Assembly (NCBI GenBank): GCA_963693365.1
Contig: CAVNZM010000007.1
Coordinates: 3,085,979-3,149,978, forward strand
Source of the DNA: Amoebidium appalachense
Taxonomy: Eukaryota > Protista > Ichthyosporea
Direction: 5' to 3'
DNA: 64,000 nt
The notes beneath the pieces are model-generated. The model had not been told where the DNA came from, searched no databases, and saw only the letters and a list, made by a program, of their open reading frames with translations. Of the stretch, positions 32,833 to 46,839 are shown piece after piece. A program made the position numbers and the translations under genes. Numbering within the stretch: the stretch's first letter is position 1; every line of letters starts with the position of its first letter.

Positions 32833-34607
32833 CAAACACACACACACATACACACACATTCATGCATACACGCACACATTCACACACACTTATGCACAGA
32901 CAAAAACACGTCACGCATGCGCACACAGAGACACACACACATACACCTTTTATGCATTCGTGTGCTTGCAGAACACCGCAAAGGACATATTAAAAAAAAA
33001 CAACAGCAACAACAACAAAAAATAAGATTCTCACTCTGCTGCCACCCCACACGCAAACCGTAATGCACACATGCACACACTATTGTGCGGGCCTGTGCGC
33101 GGCACCGCCCGCGCGCGCACACACACACACACGCACACATACACACACGCACACACACACACACACACACACACGTGCAGCAGGACATGGCTGCTATCCG
33201 GGATCTTGTTGTGGATCTAGCCAACCAGCTTAAAGAGAAAGAGGCTGCGATCAGAGAGGTGCCCCCCCCCCCCCCCACCCCCACCCCCCACCCACCCACC
33301 CCCTCCAACCCCGCCTGTGGGCATGACAAAGAGAGAGTCGGAGGGATAAGACTCAGGATGACCCGCGAAGAAGAGAGAGAGGGAAAAGGAGGATCAGGGG
33401 AGAAGAGAAAGGGGGGGTTCTTTTCTCGTCCCCCCTCCCCCCTTTTTTGGGGGGGGAGGGGGGGGGGGAGGTTGCAGTGCCACAGAGGTTAGCTACTTAT
33501 TTCACCAAACCCCACCTAATCACGCAATGTGTATCTATCTCACCATCACCTACCCATGCAATTTGCATCTATCTCGCCATATTCCACCTAGTCATGCAGC
33601 TATCTCACATCATGTACCATCTGGCCATGAAATTTGTATCAATCTCACCATCACCTACCCATGCAATTTGCATCTATCTTGCCATATTCCACCTAGTCAT
33701 GCAGCTATCTCACATCATGTACCATCTGGCCATGAAATTTGTAACAATCTCACCATCACCTACCCATGCAATTTGCATCTATCTCGCCATATTCCACCTT
33801 TCATGCAGTTTGCAACTATCTCACCGTATATCACCTATTTTTCCCGCACACAGCATGAGGAGATGATGTACATTGAGCGTTTGGCCCACGAAAAGACACT
33901 GACATCTTTGGCTTTGCGGCACTCAGATACCACTGCTTTTCAATTCCAGGTATTTTGCCCCCTCCCCCCTCACCCTCCAGACCTCCCCCCTCCCCCCCCC
34001 CCCCCCATTCCCCCCCAGACCAGACCTCCCCCCCTCCCTCTCTTCCTTGCCTCTTGCCCTACCACCACCACCACCACCACCACCATTCCAACCCCTCTCC
34101 TTCCCACCCCACACAACCTGATCCCCACCCCACGCCATCTATCCCAACCTCTCACTTTTCCATCTCTTCCTTTCATCCCTCATACCCAATTCAGTGTGTA
34201 ATATTAGTTCCCCTCCCACTCTCATCCCTCCTCTTCCCCCTTTTTTTCCCTTACCAAATCCATCCATTGACACGATGATGTCATCAACAGGTGATTGATC
34301 AAATTAGAGCCCAAATGGCATTGGGAGGCAGCCCAGACCTAGTGCCAGGGTACGTCCGCAACTGTTAAACCCCCCCCCCCCCCCCCCCCCCCCCGCCCCT
34401 CCCTTCCCCCCACCCCCCCACCTCCATCCCCACCCCCCCACCACCACCCCCTGTTTGATGTTTACCCTCAGCTCTGTTACGCATTCCAATTGTTATCCCC
34501 TCCCCCCGCCCGGTCCCCCCCTCTCCCCTCCCCACCACCCCATTAACACCACCCTCCTCCCATTGTTGTACGTCCTCCTTCACCATGACACACGCACACA
34601 CAGATAA

Positions 34608-34647
<40 letters not shown>

Positions 34648-34960
34648 CCCAAACCGTCGCCCGTTTCACTGCGTTGCTCTGAATGTGAAAGTCGTATCTA
34701 ATTTCATCGCTCAGTTATCCATCGCATTGTATGTCCACAGTTAGGTAAATTCTGTCACGATCGGCTCGGATATCTAACCTCGTGGTTATCTACCGATGCA
34801 GGCAAGGTGCAGAGACAGCAAGAAATATGGGAAAGGTGGTTATTTTCGATCCTGAACTCGCCCAGAGCCCAAAGGTGTGTCCCATGCACATGCCTGTGCC
34901 CCCCTCCCCCCCCCCATTTTTTTTTCCCCCTTTCGTCCTCTCTCTCTCTCTCTCTCTTCT

Positions 34961-35028
<68 letters not shown>

Positions 35029-35211
35029 CCCCCCCCCCCCCCCCCCCCCCTCTCCCTCCCCCCCGGGAAAAAATGAAAAGGAAAGGAAAGAAGACCATTC
35101 TCCTCCTATTTTGCCGCAAGAGCCACCACTACCATCACTTCCCCCTCCCCACCCGCCCCCAGCGCGCACATCATCATGCGCGTGCGTGCGCGCACGTGTG
35201 CGGGCGCGCGT

Positions 35212-35251
<40 letters not shown>

Positions 35252-35518
35252 CACACATACACACAATGTCAAGTGCTCTTTCGTATCAACCCGAGGCGTG
35301 GACACCCGTACCCACCAACCACCACCCTTGTTTACGTCTCCCAGAGATAATCAAGAAGCATGTACCCTTTAAGTCAGTTGTCCAGAGCTGCCCTAACCCC
35401 CTATTTTTTGCTCTCACAGACCCCCATCAACCGAAAACTATTACCCACTCACTGCCCGCCCGAGACTCCACAAAACGAAGGGTGTGACGTGGCGACTGTC
35501 GTGCCATTGGTTGTCTGA
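30070..35518 (+). CDS. Uncharacterised protein with a Ser/Thr-rich disordered region and coiled coil (exons 30070-30152, 32053-32452, 33181-33258, 33854-33949, 34291-34349, 34802-34874, 35420-35518; 5' end unresolved)
   Basis: Six GT-AG introns join in frame with no stops. The segment LLEQME|QDMAAIRDLVVDLANQLKEKEAAIRE|HEEMMYIERLAHEKTLTSLALRH has heptad-like character. Confidence 0.65.
33528..33825. repeat. Intronic 105-bp minisatellite (about 2.7 copies)
   Basis: atctcaccatcacctacccatgcaatttgcatctatct.gccatattccacct recurs with a 105-bp period. Confidence 0.9.
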
Positions 35519-36479
35519 GGAGATCTGTGAGCACCCCTTCCAATCAGATTGCGCGGATCTGCAATTTCCGCATTTTTGAAAATACGTATCGCAACTTAGA
35601 ACCTGGCCTTTTTTTTTTAGGATCACATGTAACACGGCAGTTTAATAGATTGTTGACTTGTAATATCTTTGCTTTGCCTTCGCTTTAAATGTGTAGATGG
35701 TAGACGCAGGCCATTCACTTTTTTTTATTTTCGAATCGGAGCAGCTCAGAAGTCCGTTTGAGCCAATAGACACACAGAACATAGATGGCTTTTTAGACCA
35801 AGGCACAGATATAACGGCGTTTGATTGATGTACATACCATATATAATAGCGATTTCTTGGGCCCGCCGCCGCCTGCTAGAGCATATATATTTATGGTTTA
35901 CGCTGTTTGCTCGACATATCTTTAAAATCTGTAGTAGCTGTTGCTGTGTGCATTTTTTGCAGTCTTTTCTCGTGGGTTATAGGGCACGGATTGATTTAGC
36001 ATGATATGGACATATTTACCAGGGGGTCTTGGAGATCACTTGCGATAGTGCTGCTAGTCTAGTGTGTACAGGTGTACAGACAGGCTGAGCTTCTAGCATG
36101 TGCAGGCGCACAAATTCAGGCCAAACGTTTCTGGTTATTTCCTGTGATTGGCGGCGCACGTTATTTTACCTCCCTCACTTTTGTGTTCGTCTGACAAAGG
36201 TTCACAGGACCGTGGCCGCTAAGCTTGGTATAGGGCAACACACAAGCCGCTGAAAACAAAACCCGATGGCATTCTATGATCAAAATAAACTTGAACCATT
36301 GAAACCCAATTACCATAATTATAACCGTACGTCACCGGGGAGGCGGAACGGTAACCCCCGGGAGGCCCCTTTACATATGTCGCTCGGGAACTGTATGATG
36401 CCATGAATGTAATTACGTCATTGGATCGTGTTTTGTCCAAACGGTGGGAGGTCTATCGTCCTGAGAACCATCCTGTTTT

Positions 36480-36537
<58 letters not shown>

Positions 36538-36552
36538 CTCGCTCCCTCTCTG

Positions 36553-36583
<31 letters not shown>

Positions 36584-38437
36584 ATATATCCCCTGCCTGT
36601 CTCTCTCTCTCCCCTCCCTGTCTCTCTCTCTCCTCCACCCCCCCTCAACCCTCCATCCCCCCTCTCAACCCTCCCCCCCCCCCCTCCCCCCCTCTCCCCC
36701 TGCTTCTTAGCTCCGAAAGCAATGCATTCTACCCTCTCCCCCGCCCCCCCCCTCCCCCCTCCCCGCCTTCCCCAGGGAGAAAAAACCATGAACCGTCACT
36801 GGTACCCCCCCCCCCCCCCCCCCCCCCCAACTCTCCAAAGGGCCTCCTTCCCTTCACCGCCTTTTGCAAGTAACCAACTGACCATCGGATATATATGCTC
36901 TCAGTGATGGGATCAAAATACGGTACGTTGCGTTTTGGTGTGTGCAAGAAAAGTCGGAATCGACCAAAGCCCCCCCCCCCCCCCCCTCTTTATGCTCTTT
37001 CCCACTGTTTCCAGCAACCAACCGCACGGCCGCGGATGCACTATCATCCGATGAACATATGATAAGTATGAAAACTATAAATGTACACGTAATTAGTATA
37101 TAACATGTTGCGAGAGGCACAGATTACAGCAGACAATACACACACACACACACATGCATGTGCACTATAGTTATGGTTTCTAGGCTGGTTTGGCATGCAC
37201 CTTCACGGTGCAAGCCTTGCAAATACCCAACTGGTATTCGCTGCCCTATCCCTTTGATTTTCTTGTTGAGTTTGAGTTTTGGGGTTGCCATGTTCAGTCT
37301 GTGTGTGAGTTTTCCGGGGAGGACGGGGGGTGGGTGGGCGGGGGAGGGGGGGGGGGGGGGGGGGGGGGGGGAGGGGGGGGGGGAGGGGAGGGGGGGGGGG
37401 GGGGGGGGGGGGGAGGGGGATGTAGAAGAGTATAGTCGAGTTTAATTTTCTGCCCCTTTATCACGATTTGCATTTGTGCTAGACTAGCTATCATTCAATC
37501 TAAGTGGAGCAAATTTGAATGCTGGTACAGGTGCACATACGCGCGCGTGCATGTGTGTGTTTGTGTGTGTGTGTGTGTGTGAGTGTGAGTGTGTGTGTGT
37601 GTGTCTACAGTGTGCGTGTGCGTGTGTGTGTGTGTGCGCGGGAGCGCTCACGACTGGAGAAGGTGGGTGTGAATGTATATCTGTGCGTGTTTGTTTATGT
37701 GCGTGTTTGTGTGTATGTGTGTGTGTGTACAGTACGACACCTGCAACTGTGACGTGTGTGCGTATGTGTGTGCACGCGCACATGTGTCTGTGTGTACGTG
37801 TGCGTGTTAGCACGAGCATGTGTGTGCTTTCGTACTGATGCATCCCCCCCCCCCCCCTCCCCCCCCCAAAAAAACAAACAAACAAAAAAAAACCATACCC
37901 CCTCTGCTTTCAAAGTTTCCCTTTGTTTGAAGTTTTTTTTTGGATGTGTGTGTGTGTGTTTGTGTATGTGTGTGTGTGTGTGTCGCTGTGTGTGTGTGTT
38001 CGGGTCGGGGGGGGGGGGGGGGGGGGGAGGGTGCCCGAGAGTAAGTATACTTGAAGGGTATTCTAGAGGGAGAGAGGAAACGGTTGGCGGGGGAATTCGA
38101 ATGTAGTTACAAATATATATTTGTTGGAGGGGTCACCTCTTTTTTTTTATTTTTTATAGTGAGTATTAAGAATTGCCTTACACACGAGATAGTTGCTTAG
38201 ATAGCATCACCGGATATGCCAGATATGTGCTTGGGTTTGTGTGTTTCTGTGTACATACGTGAATGTGTGTGTATGCACGAAGGGTGGCTGTGTGTGGGTG
38301 TGCATGGGCTAGCGTGTGTGTTTGTCTTTAGGGAAGACCCTGATGTTTATTCCTTCTTTCTTTTTTTTCCCCCCCCCCTTTCTTTCTTTCTTTTTTCTTT
38401 TTTTCTTTTTTTTTTTTTTGGGGGGGGGGGGGGGGGG

Positions 38438-38475
<38 letters not shown>

Positions 38476-38529
38476 GGGACGGAAGTTCGCCGGCCACGAG
38501 CAAAATGCTCTCCCTCTTGTGTATATCCT

Positions 38530-39735
38530 CACTTGAAAAGACCCCCTGTGCCGAAGGGCACCGGTTTGCATAGCCACAGACATCGGTAGGGGCTCTCCCC
38601 TGTAAGAGCAAACATGCCCAGCAAAGCGGTCCTTTTACTAGCGAGGTTTTGCCACAGCTACGGTGTGTGTAAGCATATACCCCCCCCCCCCCCCCCCCCC
38701 CCGGCATTTCTTTTGTGGATGTCATAGTCCGAAAGCTCTCCTTCTCGTTCTAACTCTTCCCACGTCCAAGGTGTGCACAGCTACCTACATAAAAGGATTC
38801 TCACCAGCGAAAGGGTGTTGGTGCATGGTCATGTTTTGAGGAAGAAGGTAAGCATAGCCTCACTGCCACGGGAGCACGTAAACGGTGATCCCTGGTGTGT
38901 GCAGGTGGCAAGTTAAAAAGTACCCTTTAGTGCAAGGAATTTGCGGCAAACGGCCTTGGGAAAACATGCCTTTTCTCACCCGTGTGACGATGTAGAGTGC
39001 TTTTCTTCGTAAACCGCTCTTTGCAACCGTACTAGGGCAGATGTAGGGTTTTTCCCCTGTGTGTGCGCGTTTGTGCACTTTCAAGATTCCATTTTAAACG
39101 AAAAGTGCACCACAGCCTGGTTCAGAACAGACGAATATCCCCTTCTCGTGTGTGCAAATATGTGTCTTTTTATTGTGTTGGTAGCACCTATTTTGTTTCC
39201 ACACCCCATGCTCACATACATACACTGTGCCCTCTTCACCTCTGGGTGCCTTCTTCCGCTTTCTGCCGATGTTGCTCCATTCCCTCGCACCCACACTTGC
39301 ATCCACGCTACCGTCCAACCCTACCATTTGTTTGGCATCCATACCAGCAAACATCCTCCCTTCCCCAATGTGTGCAGTATGCTTTGCTTGTGAGCTTTGG
39401 GCTGTGCGAAGGGAAGATGGTGGGGATATGCCGAGCACGTCGCGTGCGTGTCATTGTCTCACCCACCGGTCATTACGCAAACCTCCGGCCGGCCGTGTGT
39501 ACTTCTGCCCAGCAGCCTCTGCGCACGCATCTTAGCTGCAACGCACGTGAGGCCTCCCTTGCCGCCAGCCATACCCCCTGCCTCTTGCTTAATGGGCAGG
39601 GGCTGCGTGTGTAGTGGGGATGGTTGTGTAAGCGAGGGAGGGGCAGAAGACTGTAGTAAAGCAATAGTTCTCTTTCACGTGTGTGCTCAAGGTATGACCT
39701 GCTTGAGGTAAAGCCAGGAATGGGTGCGGTTTTGC
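38530..39735 (-). pseudogene. Degraded multi-C2H2 zinc-finger gene
   Basis: YVCEHG..., [42 protein letters not shown] (TGEKP linker). It is interrupted by a stop at 39094 and by frameshifts, with further broken finger remnants downstream. Confidence 0.7.
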
Positions 39736-40876
39736 TTCTCATGATCTACGGTAGGTCAACTGTTTTCAGACGTGTTTACAAACTTTGCACACAAGCACAC
39801 ATGCACGTGACATCAAGCCTGCGTAAAAACACCAAACATACAATGCACTTCTTAGAGTATGTGAGTCTTGAAGCCCACTTTCTTCTACAAAACTGTCACA
39901 AGTGTCATTTTCCCATCGCGACCGGTGAAGTCCAAAGTAAAAGTAAACAAATTGGTTTGAGTTCTGAGCACTTATAGAGCTGTAGTTGTTGCACCTTGTC
40001 GCAGGCGACCTGATTGGATGATCAAACACCCAATAGGAATAGACTGCAGGTGCCTGCTAAACCAATCAAGCAACGCGTGACTTTTTTCTCGAAATCGGAT
40101 GGATAAAAGTCACCGTATCGGATGGGCGGAATGCTTTTGGGTGCTACAGCCTCGTTTCAGGAACTTCCTCCATAATTTCATTTCCCTACGCTGCCTGCCG
40201 TTAAGGTACTGATTCAACAATGTATAGAAAACGAAACACTTTATCATCATGAGGGGGGGAAAGCAAGCAGAATAAATAATCAATACCTGCGGTTCTTCAA
40301 AAAGGCGAGAAGGAGCTGTGAAACCTTTTACCTGCAGCGTACAGAGTCTAGACTAGTGTGCCTAGACTGACATCTTGATATGGCTGTTCTACAGCTTCGA
40401 GGATATCATAACACCAGCCGGGAGCTTATGAGAAAAACACAAACACAAAAACGGGCAGAGCTCTTCTGAGGCAGTGTGCAAGTCACGCAACTAACAACTA
40501 AGAAGAGGGGAAAGTCTGCATGTGTTGGGTTCAGCGTAGATGTGACTTGTGTAGACTCTAGGCTTCTGTTGCCATAGATGCAGCCGTGTTAGGTATTTTA
40601 AAACACACCGAGTGTTGTGCTAGCTAGGGTGGTCTCAGTTGCTGCCAAATTAAACACGGAGATTTGACAGCTCGACAGGCATTCGAGTTAGCAAACTGTG
40701 CCCTGAGATTTCATCTTGACTCTTCTTTTTTTCCCTGCGTACGTCCTAGAATTAGTTCTTCCCTATTTCCTACTCTCACTTTTGGGAGTTCCAATAGATT
40801 CGCCACTTTCAAATCCCCAAGACAGCATTTCACACAAATCTTCGAAAACCCGTCTTGTTTTTCTTCACATTTCAAA

Positions 40877-41696
40877 ATGGCAGTCGACAGTGTAAACGGG
40901 AAACTAAGCTTTGATTTCTCCACCGACCGCTCAGAGGCAGCACAAGAGGCACGCTATGAAGCCCTCAAAGGGAAAAAGGTTCTGTGGCTTACCTGCTACT
41001 ACACGGCCGAGATCTACGATAGCATCAAACCAATCATCGAGGGGGTTGTCGACAAGGGGGTAGAACTGTACGTCGTTTTCAACAAGAGCGATGCAGACAA
41101 GGAATTAAAGGCGAAGATGGACACGGACGGGTTCCTGGCTGGCCACATCTTCGCCGAAACCGCCAATGACGCGACGGCATGCGACAGCATTTTCGAGGCG
41201 GCGGTACAGATTGGGATTCCCTTTGACGCCGTCTTCTCCCCACATGAAGTCGTTCAACCGCTCATTGGCGAGCTGGCTGAGAGATTTGGTCTGCCCGGAA
41301 ACAGCCGGGAGGCATACGTAAACGCACGGAACAAAAGGCTATCCCGTGAAGTATGCTCGAAGGCCGGAATCCCATGCCCTAAATTCGGCAAGATCTCCTC
41401 CCTCGAAGATGTCGAGACGGTGATTAACGAGGTGGGACTTCCAGTCGTGCTGAAGCCCACGGCCGGGTCTGCCTCCGAGGGGGTGTACAAGTGCAACACC
41501 CTCGAGGAAGCCATGGAAAGATTCGAAACTATCACGGAAGAATTCAGGAACAATGAATCCTTCTCGTGGAACCCCGGGTGTGAGATTTCGGTTCTGTGCG
41601 AGGAGTACATTGATGGGGATGAGTTTGACGTGGACCTGCTCATGTGGAACGGAAAGTCCGTATATGCCGGCGTCATTGACAACTGGTGAGAAACAG

Positions 41697-41730
<34 letters not shown>

Positions 41731-42981
41731 GAGGCGGATGGGCCACTTTTTATGTGCTCGGCAGCTTCGGCATTGTGTCGCCCGTTGTGAACGGGTGCTT
41801 CGTATCCGGGCGTTGCTTTCATTTTCCTTCGAATTTTCCGCCCTTTTTTCTTTTTTTTTTCCCCTTTCATTTCTATTTTTTTTTCTTTTCTCCTTCTTCT
41901 TCTTCTTCTTCTTTTGGGTGGGGTGGGGGGGGGGGGAGGGGGGGGGGGGGGAGGGGAGAGGGGGGAGGGGGGTGTGTCATTTTTTTTGAAAGAGGGGATG
42001 TGGGGAAACAGGGGGGGGGTCCCACGGGGGGGGGGGGGGGGGGGGGGGGGGTATTTGAGACATGACATAATATGAAAATATCACCTTTCGGTTACTACGA
42101 CATCCGAATAGAAGACTCCAGACTTTTTTCCCATTTGGCTGTAGCCTTCACTTACTGAATTCTCACCCATCAATACTGTCCGTACATGTGTCCGTATGTA
42201 AAAGTTACAGCTCGAAAAGGGATACATTCGGTAGGGGATGGGAAGGGAGAAGGAGGGGCGGGGGGGGGGGGGAGGGGGGGGGGGGGGGGGGGGGGGGGAT
42301 GCAAGGAAGTCTTGATAACATGTAGTCGGTAGGGTGGCGTGACTGGCAACAATGGCGAGCGGCAATGGACTCCAGTGTTGCATGTGTGTTTTTCAAACAT
42401 TTCTTTCTCTCTCTCTTTTTTCATTTATTATATTTTATTTCTATTTTTTTACTCGTCCTCCCTGTTTTTTTTTTTCGGGGGGGGGGGGGGAAGGGGAGGG
42501 GGGGAGGGGGGTAGTCATCTGAAGAAAACTATAGGTTGGCTTCATGTGTTCATTGCCGTCGTGTTGACGACATGTTTTTTTCCACAGGCCAACCATGGAG
42601 CCGACCTTTATGGAGACAGGTACACACTGGGGCCTACACCTTCTCTCGCCCTCCCCCCCCCACCCCCCCCCCCCAACCCTCAACCCACCCACTTATCCAC
42701 TGACCCACAGAGACAGACCCACACACACCCAACCGTTTACTCCTTACGCGTGTATTGCTTTTGGTCGTTTGCCATCAGGCTAAAATGTCTCCCCCCCCCC
42801 CCCCCTTCCCTCCCCCTCGTGTATCATGCCTTGTCGTGACCTTTTCCGTTCATTTCTGCCCCCCTCTTCCTTCCCCCCCCCCCCCCCCCCCCCCCCTTCT
42901 CCTCCCCCCCCTTCGACTTGTTTTATTTTTTGTTTTCTTTCTTTTTTTCCCCCCTATGCTCTTTGAAACCATCCCCCCCAG

Positions 42982-43014
<33 letters not shown>

Positions 43015-43053
43015 AGACACACACACGTAGACACACACACGTAGACACACACA

Positions 43054-43088
<35 letters not shown>

Positions 43089-43279
43089 TTATTGGGTCTT
43101 CGTATAATCCCTCCACCCCCGACCCCACCCTTAATCCCCCACTCCACACACATCCCCGCCGTAATGCTTACTCAAACCCCCCCCCCCCCCCCCCCCCAAC
43201 CCCCCCCTCCTCCCCCGCTTCTGATTTCCCGCCTCCCCATCCTTTGTCCCGTTCGTCAGTGTTGCAGCATCCTGACACC

Positions 43280-43330
<51 letters not shown>

Positions 43331-43962
43331 CACACACACACACACAGACACAGACACAGACACATTGTTTGTCACATTTTCTTCTCGTTTTGGCCGCACA
43401 TGAATCTCGGTATTGTGTTGTCGGTGGGATTGTCTACGTCGTACTCCCCCTCTCCCTTGTTCCCCCCCCCCCCCCCCCCCCCTCCCCCCCCCCCCCCCCC
43501 CCCCCCCCCCTCGCCTTGCGGTAAGGGCCCGCCCGCTCAGCTCACTTCATGCCCCTCCTCCCCCTCTGCTGATTATGCATACTCTTTATGTACGATTTGC
43601 ACTCTGCATCGTGTTATCCGTTCTGTGTACTTTGTACTTTATGACGCATTCAAACCCCCCTCCCCACACACACACATACACACCCACCCACTCACTTACC
43701 CCATGTACCCCCCTGAGTTGGGTTTCGTTAACGAGGTAAATAGGTCGAAACTCGGGTACTGTGGATGACGTGGGCCCCCCCTGAGGATGGGCTCTGCTTA
43801 TTATGCATACTCTTTATGTATGGTTTGCATTCTGCATCGTGTTATCCGTTTGTTCTTGTGTACTTCGTACTTTTTGACGCATTCAAACCCCCCCCCCCCC
43901 CCCCCCCCCCCCCCCTCGGACAAAAAAAAAAACACCGACAACCTAATTGACACACATTCGTA

Positions 43963-44028
<66 letters not shown>

Positions 44029-44929
44029 CATACTTGTGCACACACATATGAAGACACTCACATACAGACACACACAAACACACACACCTATCTCCTCCAA
44101 ATAACACACATGCATATGCACGTACCCCCTCCCCCCCCCCCCCCCCCCCAAAAAAAAAAAGAAAACCCACATCCAACACACACTATCCCCTCCCCCCTCC
44201 CCCCCCCCCCCCCCCCCCCCCACCCACCCACCCACCCAACGTAAACCCCCCTCCCCCCGCCCTCAAGCACCCACCCATCCCCCCCCCCCCACACACACAA
44301 AACACACACACACACACACAGGCAGCAACTACCCCTCCCTCGCCAGTCCCGCCGTCCAACAACAACTGATCGACTATTCGCTCTCGTGCGTACGCGCCCT
44401 CGGCTTCACCCAAGGTTGCTTCCACATTGAGGCAAAATACTCCACGGCCCCACACAGACAGTGGGTGGATTCAAACGGCAAAAAAATGGGTCAGTCCCTT
44501 CTCATCGAGGTGAACCCGCGCATGGGTGGCGGCCGCACGCATAAATTCCACAAGGACGTTTTTGACGTGAACATGTTTGATAATTTCCTCATGACGGCGT
44601 GCGGTATTCCCATATGCCCGCCCGTCGCTCCCGAACCTCTGTGCGCGCTCGCCGAATACGAAGTATGCTCAGAGAAAACGGGGGTTCAGTTGCATGATAG
44701 GTGGCTAGATCACCTTAAGGACCTACCCAACGTTGAGAAATGCGACGTCTACATGGAGCCCGGGGCGAAAATTAAGGGGACGGACACGGGAATTCCACAG
44801 TGGATAGGTTTGGTGATGGTCAAGGGGGATACGGCGGAGGACGCGGTGAGGTTCCTGCAGTCGCTCGTACCCACGATTGATCCCCCTATACTCATGGACC
44901 ATGAGAAGCCGAACGGCCCTGGGCACTGA
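40877..44929 (+). CDS. ATP-grasp ligase, carnosine synthase / L-amino-acid ligase-like (exons 40877-41685, 42588-42619, 44322-44929)
   Basis: Motifs LPGNS...ARNK...[31 protein letters not shown]|[10 protein letters not shown]|[14 protein letters not shown] and [11 protein letters not shown]. Phases 2 and 1 are consistent across a 32-nt micro-exon. Confidence 0.88.
43564..43888 (+). mobile_element. Dispersed SINE-like repeat: partial copy D (43564-43655) and full copy C (43715-43888) in ATP-grasp intron 2
   Basis: Both end in gacgcattcaaac plus a C-run. Copy C is collinear with copies A and E. Confidence 0.8.
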
Positions 44930-46230
44930 TTGGAATTTAAAATTTGGATTGAGAATTAATTGTTTATCTGGAAGATTGGAAATTTTGGCGAGTGTTTTGT
45001 AGCTAGGTACGTAGGCAATTTTCGGGGGTTTTTCGTTCGTGGCTGGGTTGTGGTTGTTTTTTTTTTTTTTTTTTGGTTAGTGTGGGTGTTGGTGTGTCGG
45101 CTCACATATAGGCATGTGCACACAGCACACACAGATACATACCCGGCATGTCCACACTGCGCAGGCGCGCATGCATACATGAACACACATACACACACAC
45201 ACAATTACACACACACACACGGGCACGGGCGCGTACACACGCGCGTGCGCATGCACACGCTCGTAGTCGTACATGCACACACGGAAAATGGGACACAAAG
45301 CATAGCGTCTCCCTTTGGTTTTTTCCTTTTTTTTTTTTTTCTTTTTTTTTTTTTTTTGCCCTTCCCAACAGTACTTTAGCTGGTGCTGCTCGAGTCAGTT
45401 CTCTGTACATTGTAAGAATGAGTTTTAGTTCAACAAAGTTAAATTCATGTACACAGAGCATGTATTGTCGAAGGCACTTTTCTCTGTATTTCCTTTTTTG
45501 TGTCTGATTATTGCCGTTATATACGAGTCTTTCCTGCCTGTACATCTCGGAGTCTGGTAATGGTTATAGATAAATATGTGTAAATTGTGCATTTTATGTG
45601 TAGACAGACCGGGTGATGCATATGACTGGGGCATGTGTGATGATTGGGTGGCTGTAGTATGACATTGTGGTTGCTCCCGTTGTTTTTATGGTGTGTTTAT
45701 CGATATCAAGTACATTTTTTTCCTCCTATATTAACCAGGCACATAGCTATATATGGAATAACAAGAATGTACTATTGGATATATTTCCTTGGTGGATCGC
45801 GGGTTTGATCCATGCTCTTGATTGCCAGGGGGATCCGCTGCGTTGTGAGCTCTCCCCCTATAATTGTGCGCGCTACTTATTATTAAAGATAATAGATTGA
45901 TTAGACTTGTGCGAGTATATATATGTGCACCAGATTATCTCGGTGTACCTGCAGGAAGGGGGAAGAGAAATGGAGAAAACAACGTGCGTACAGGCTTAAA
46001 TGGAGAAAAAATTGCAAACCGGATTGGGATTTAGCCAATCACTATTCGCCGCGCCTGATTAGGAAAAAGATAAAAATAGATTTCGGCTCGCGCGCGCGCG
46101 TGCATCAGCTTGGTGCCCTTAGCGCTACCCTTAGTGCCCTTAGTCACAACTATCAGACTATAGTTACGTGTCCTCCACTTCTTTGTTCTTGACCATTTTT
46201 TCGGCATGAAAGGGTTTCTGTGGTGGTTAT

Positions 46231-46288
<58 letters not shown>

Positions 46289-46380
46289 GGGTTGTGTGTA
46301 TTTCTGTGTGTGTCAGAGGGGGAGGGGGGGGGGGGGGGGGGGGGGTAGTGTGTGTGGGGAGGGGGGGAGCGGGGGTGTTG

Positions 46381-46551
46381 GTTTGAATGCGCCATAAAGT
46401 ACGAAGTACACATGGGCAACGGATAACACGATGTAGAATGTAAACCACACAAAGAGTATGCATAATAAGCAGAGCCCATCCTCATGGGGGGGGCCACGTC
46501 ATCCACAGTACCCGAGTTTTGACCCTTTCACCTCGTTAACGAAACCCAACT

Positions 46552-46552
<1 letters not shown>
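46381..46552 (-). mobile_element. Dispersed SINE-like repeat, copy E
   Basis: The reverse complement reads poly-C-gagttgggtttcgttaacgagg...gcattcaaac-caacacccc, closely matching copy C. Confidence 0.8.
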
Positions 46553-46598
<46 letters not shown>

Positions 46599-46839
46599 TG
46601 AGGATTATCCACAATTGCTGCCACTTCTCCTCCAGAAGACATGGATCTTTCTGGGGTATCATGGTAGTGATACATGCTTCTGTTTACATGTGTTTAAAGA
46701 AGTCTTTAAGCACCAAAGACATTAAAACTACAAATAGATGTCCTGACAAGCCAGGTACTGACTGGTTGAAGTCAAATATATTTAGCACTAAAATAAATAA
46801 GAGACTATTCGAATAAAGAAAAAAACTAAATAACCCATC

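Noticed and set aside
36219-36440. 73-aa minus-strand ORF with non-repetitive composition
   Set aside because: No motif or consistent splice model could be supported.
40664-40876. N-terminal extension of the ATP-grasp ORF from the TTG at 40664
   Set aside because: Non-ATG start in a eukaryote. The ATG at 40877 has a good AAAATGG context, like the gene at 51880.
43715-43800. Hammerhead ribozyme in the dispersed element (GAAAC-TCGG-GTA and CTGANGA both present)
   Set aside because: I could not form stem I between the putative cleavage site and CTGANGA, nor a stem II closing on GAAA, and GAAA is mutated in copies B and E. An Infernal search would settle it.
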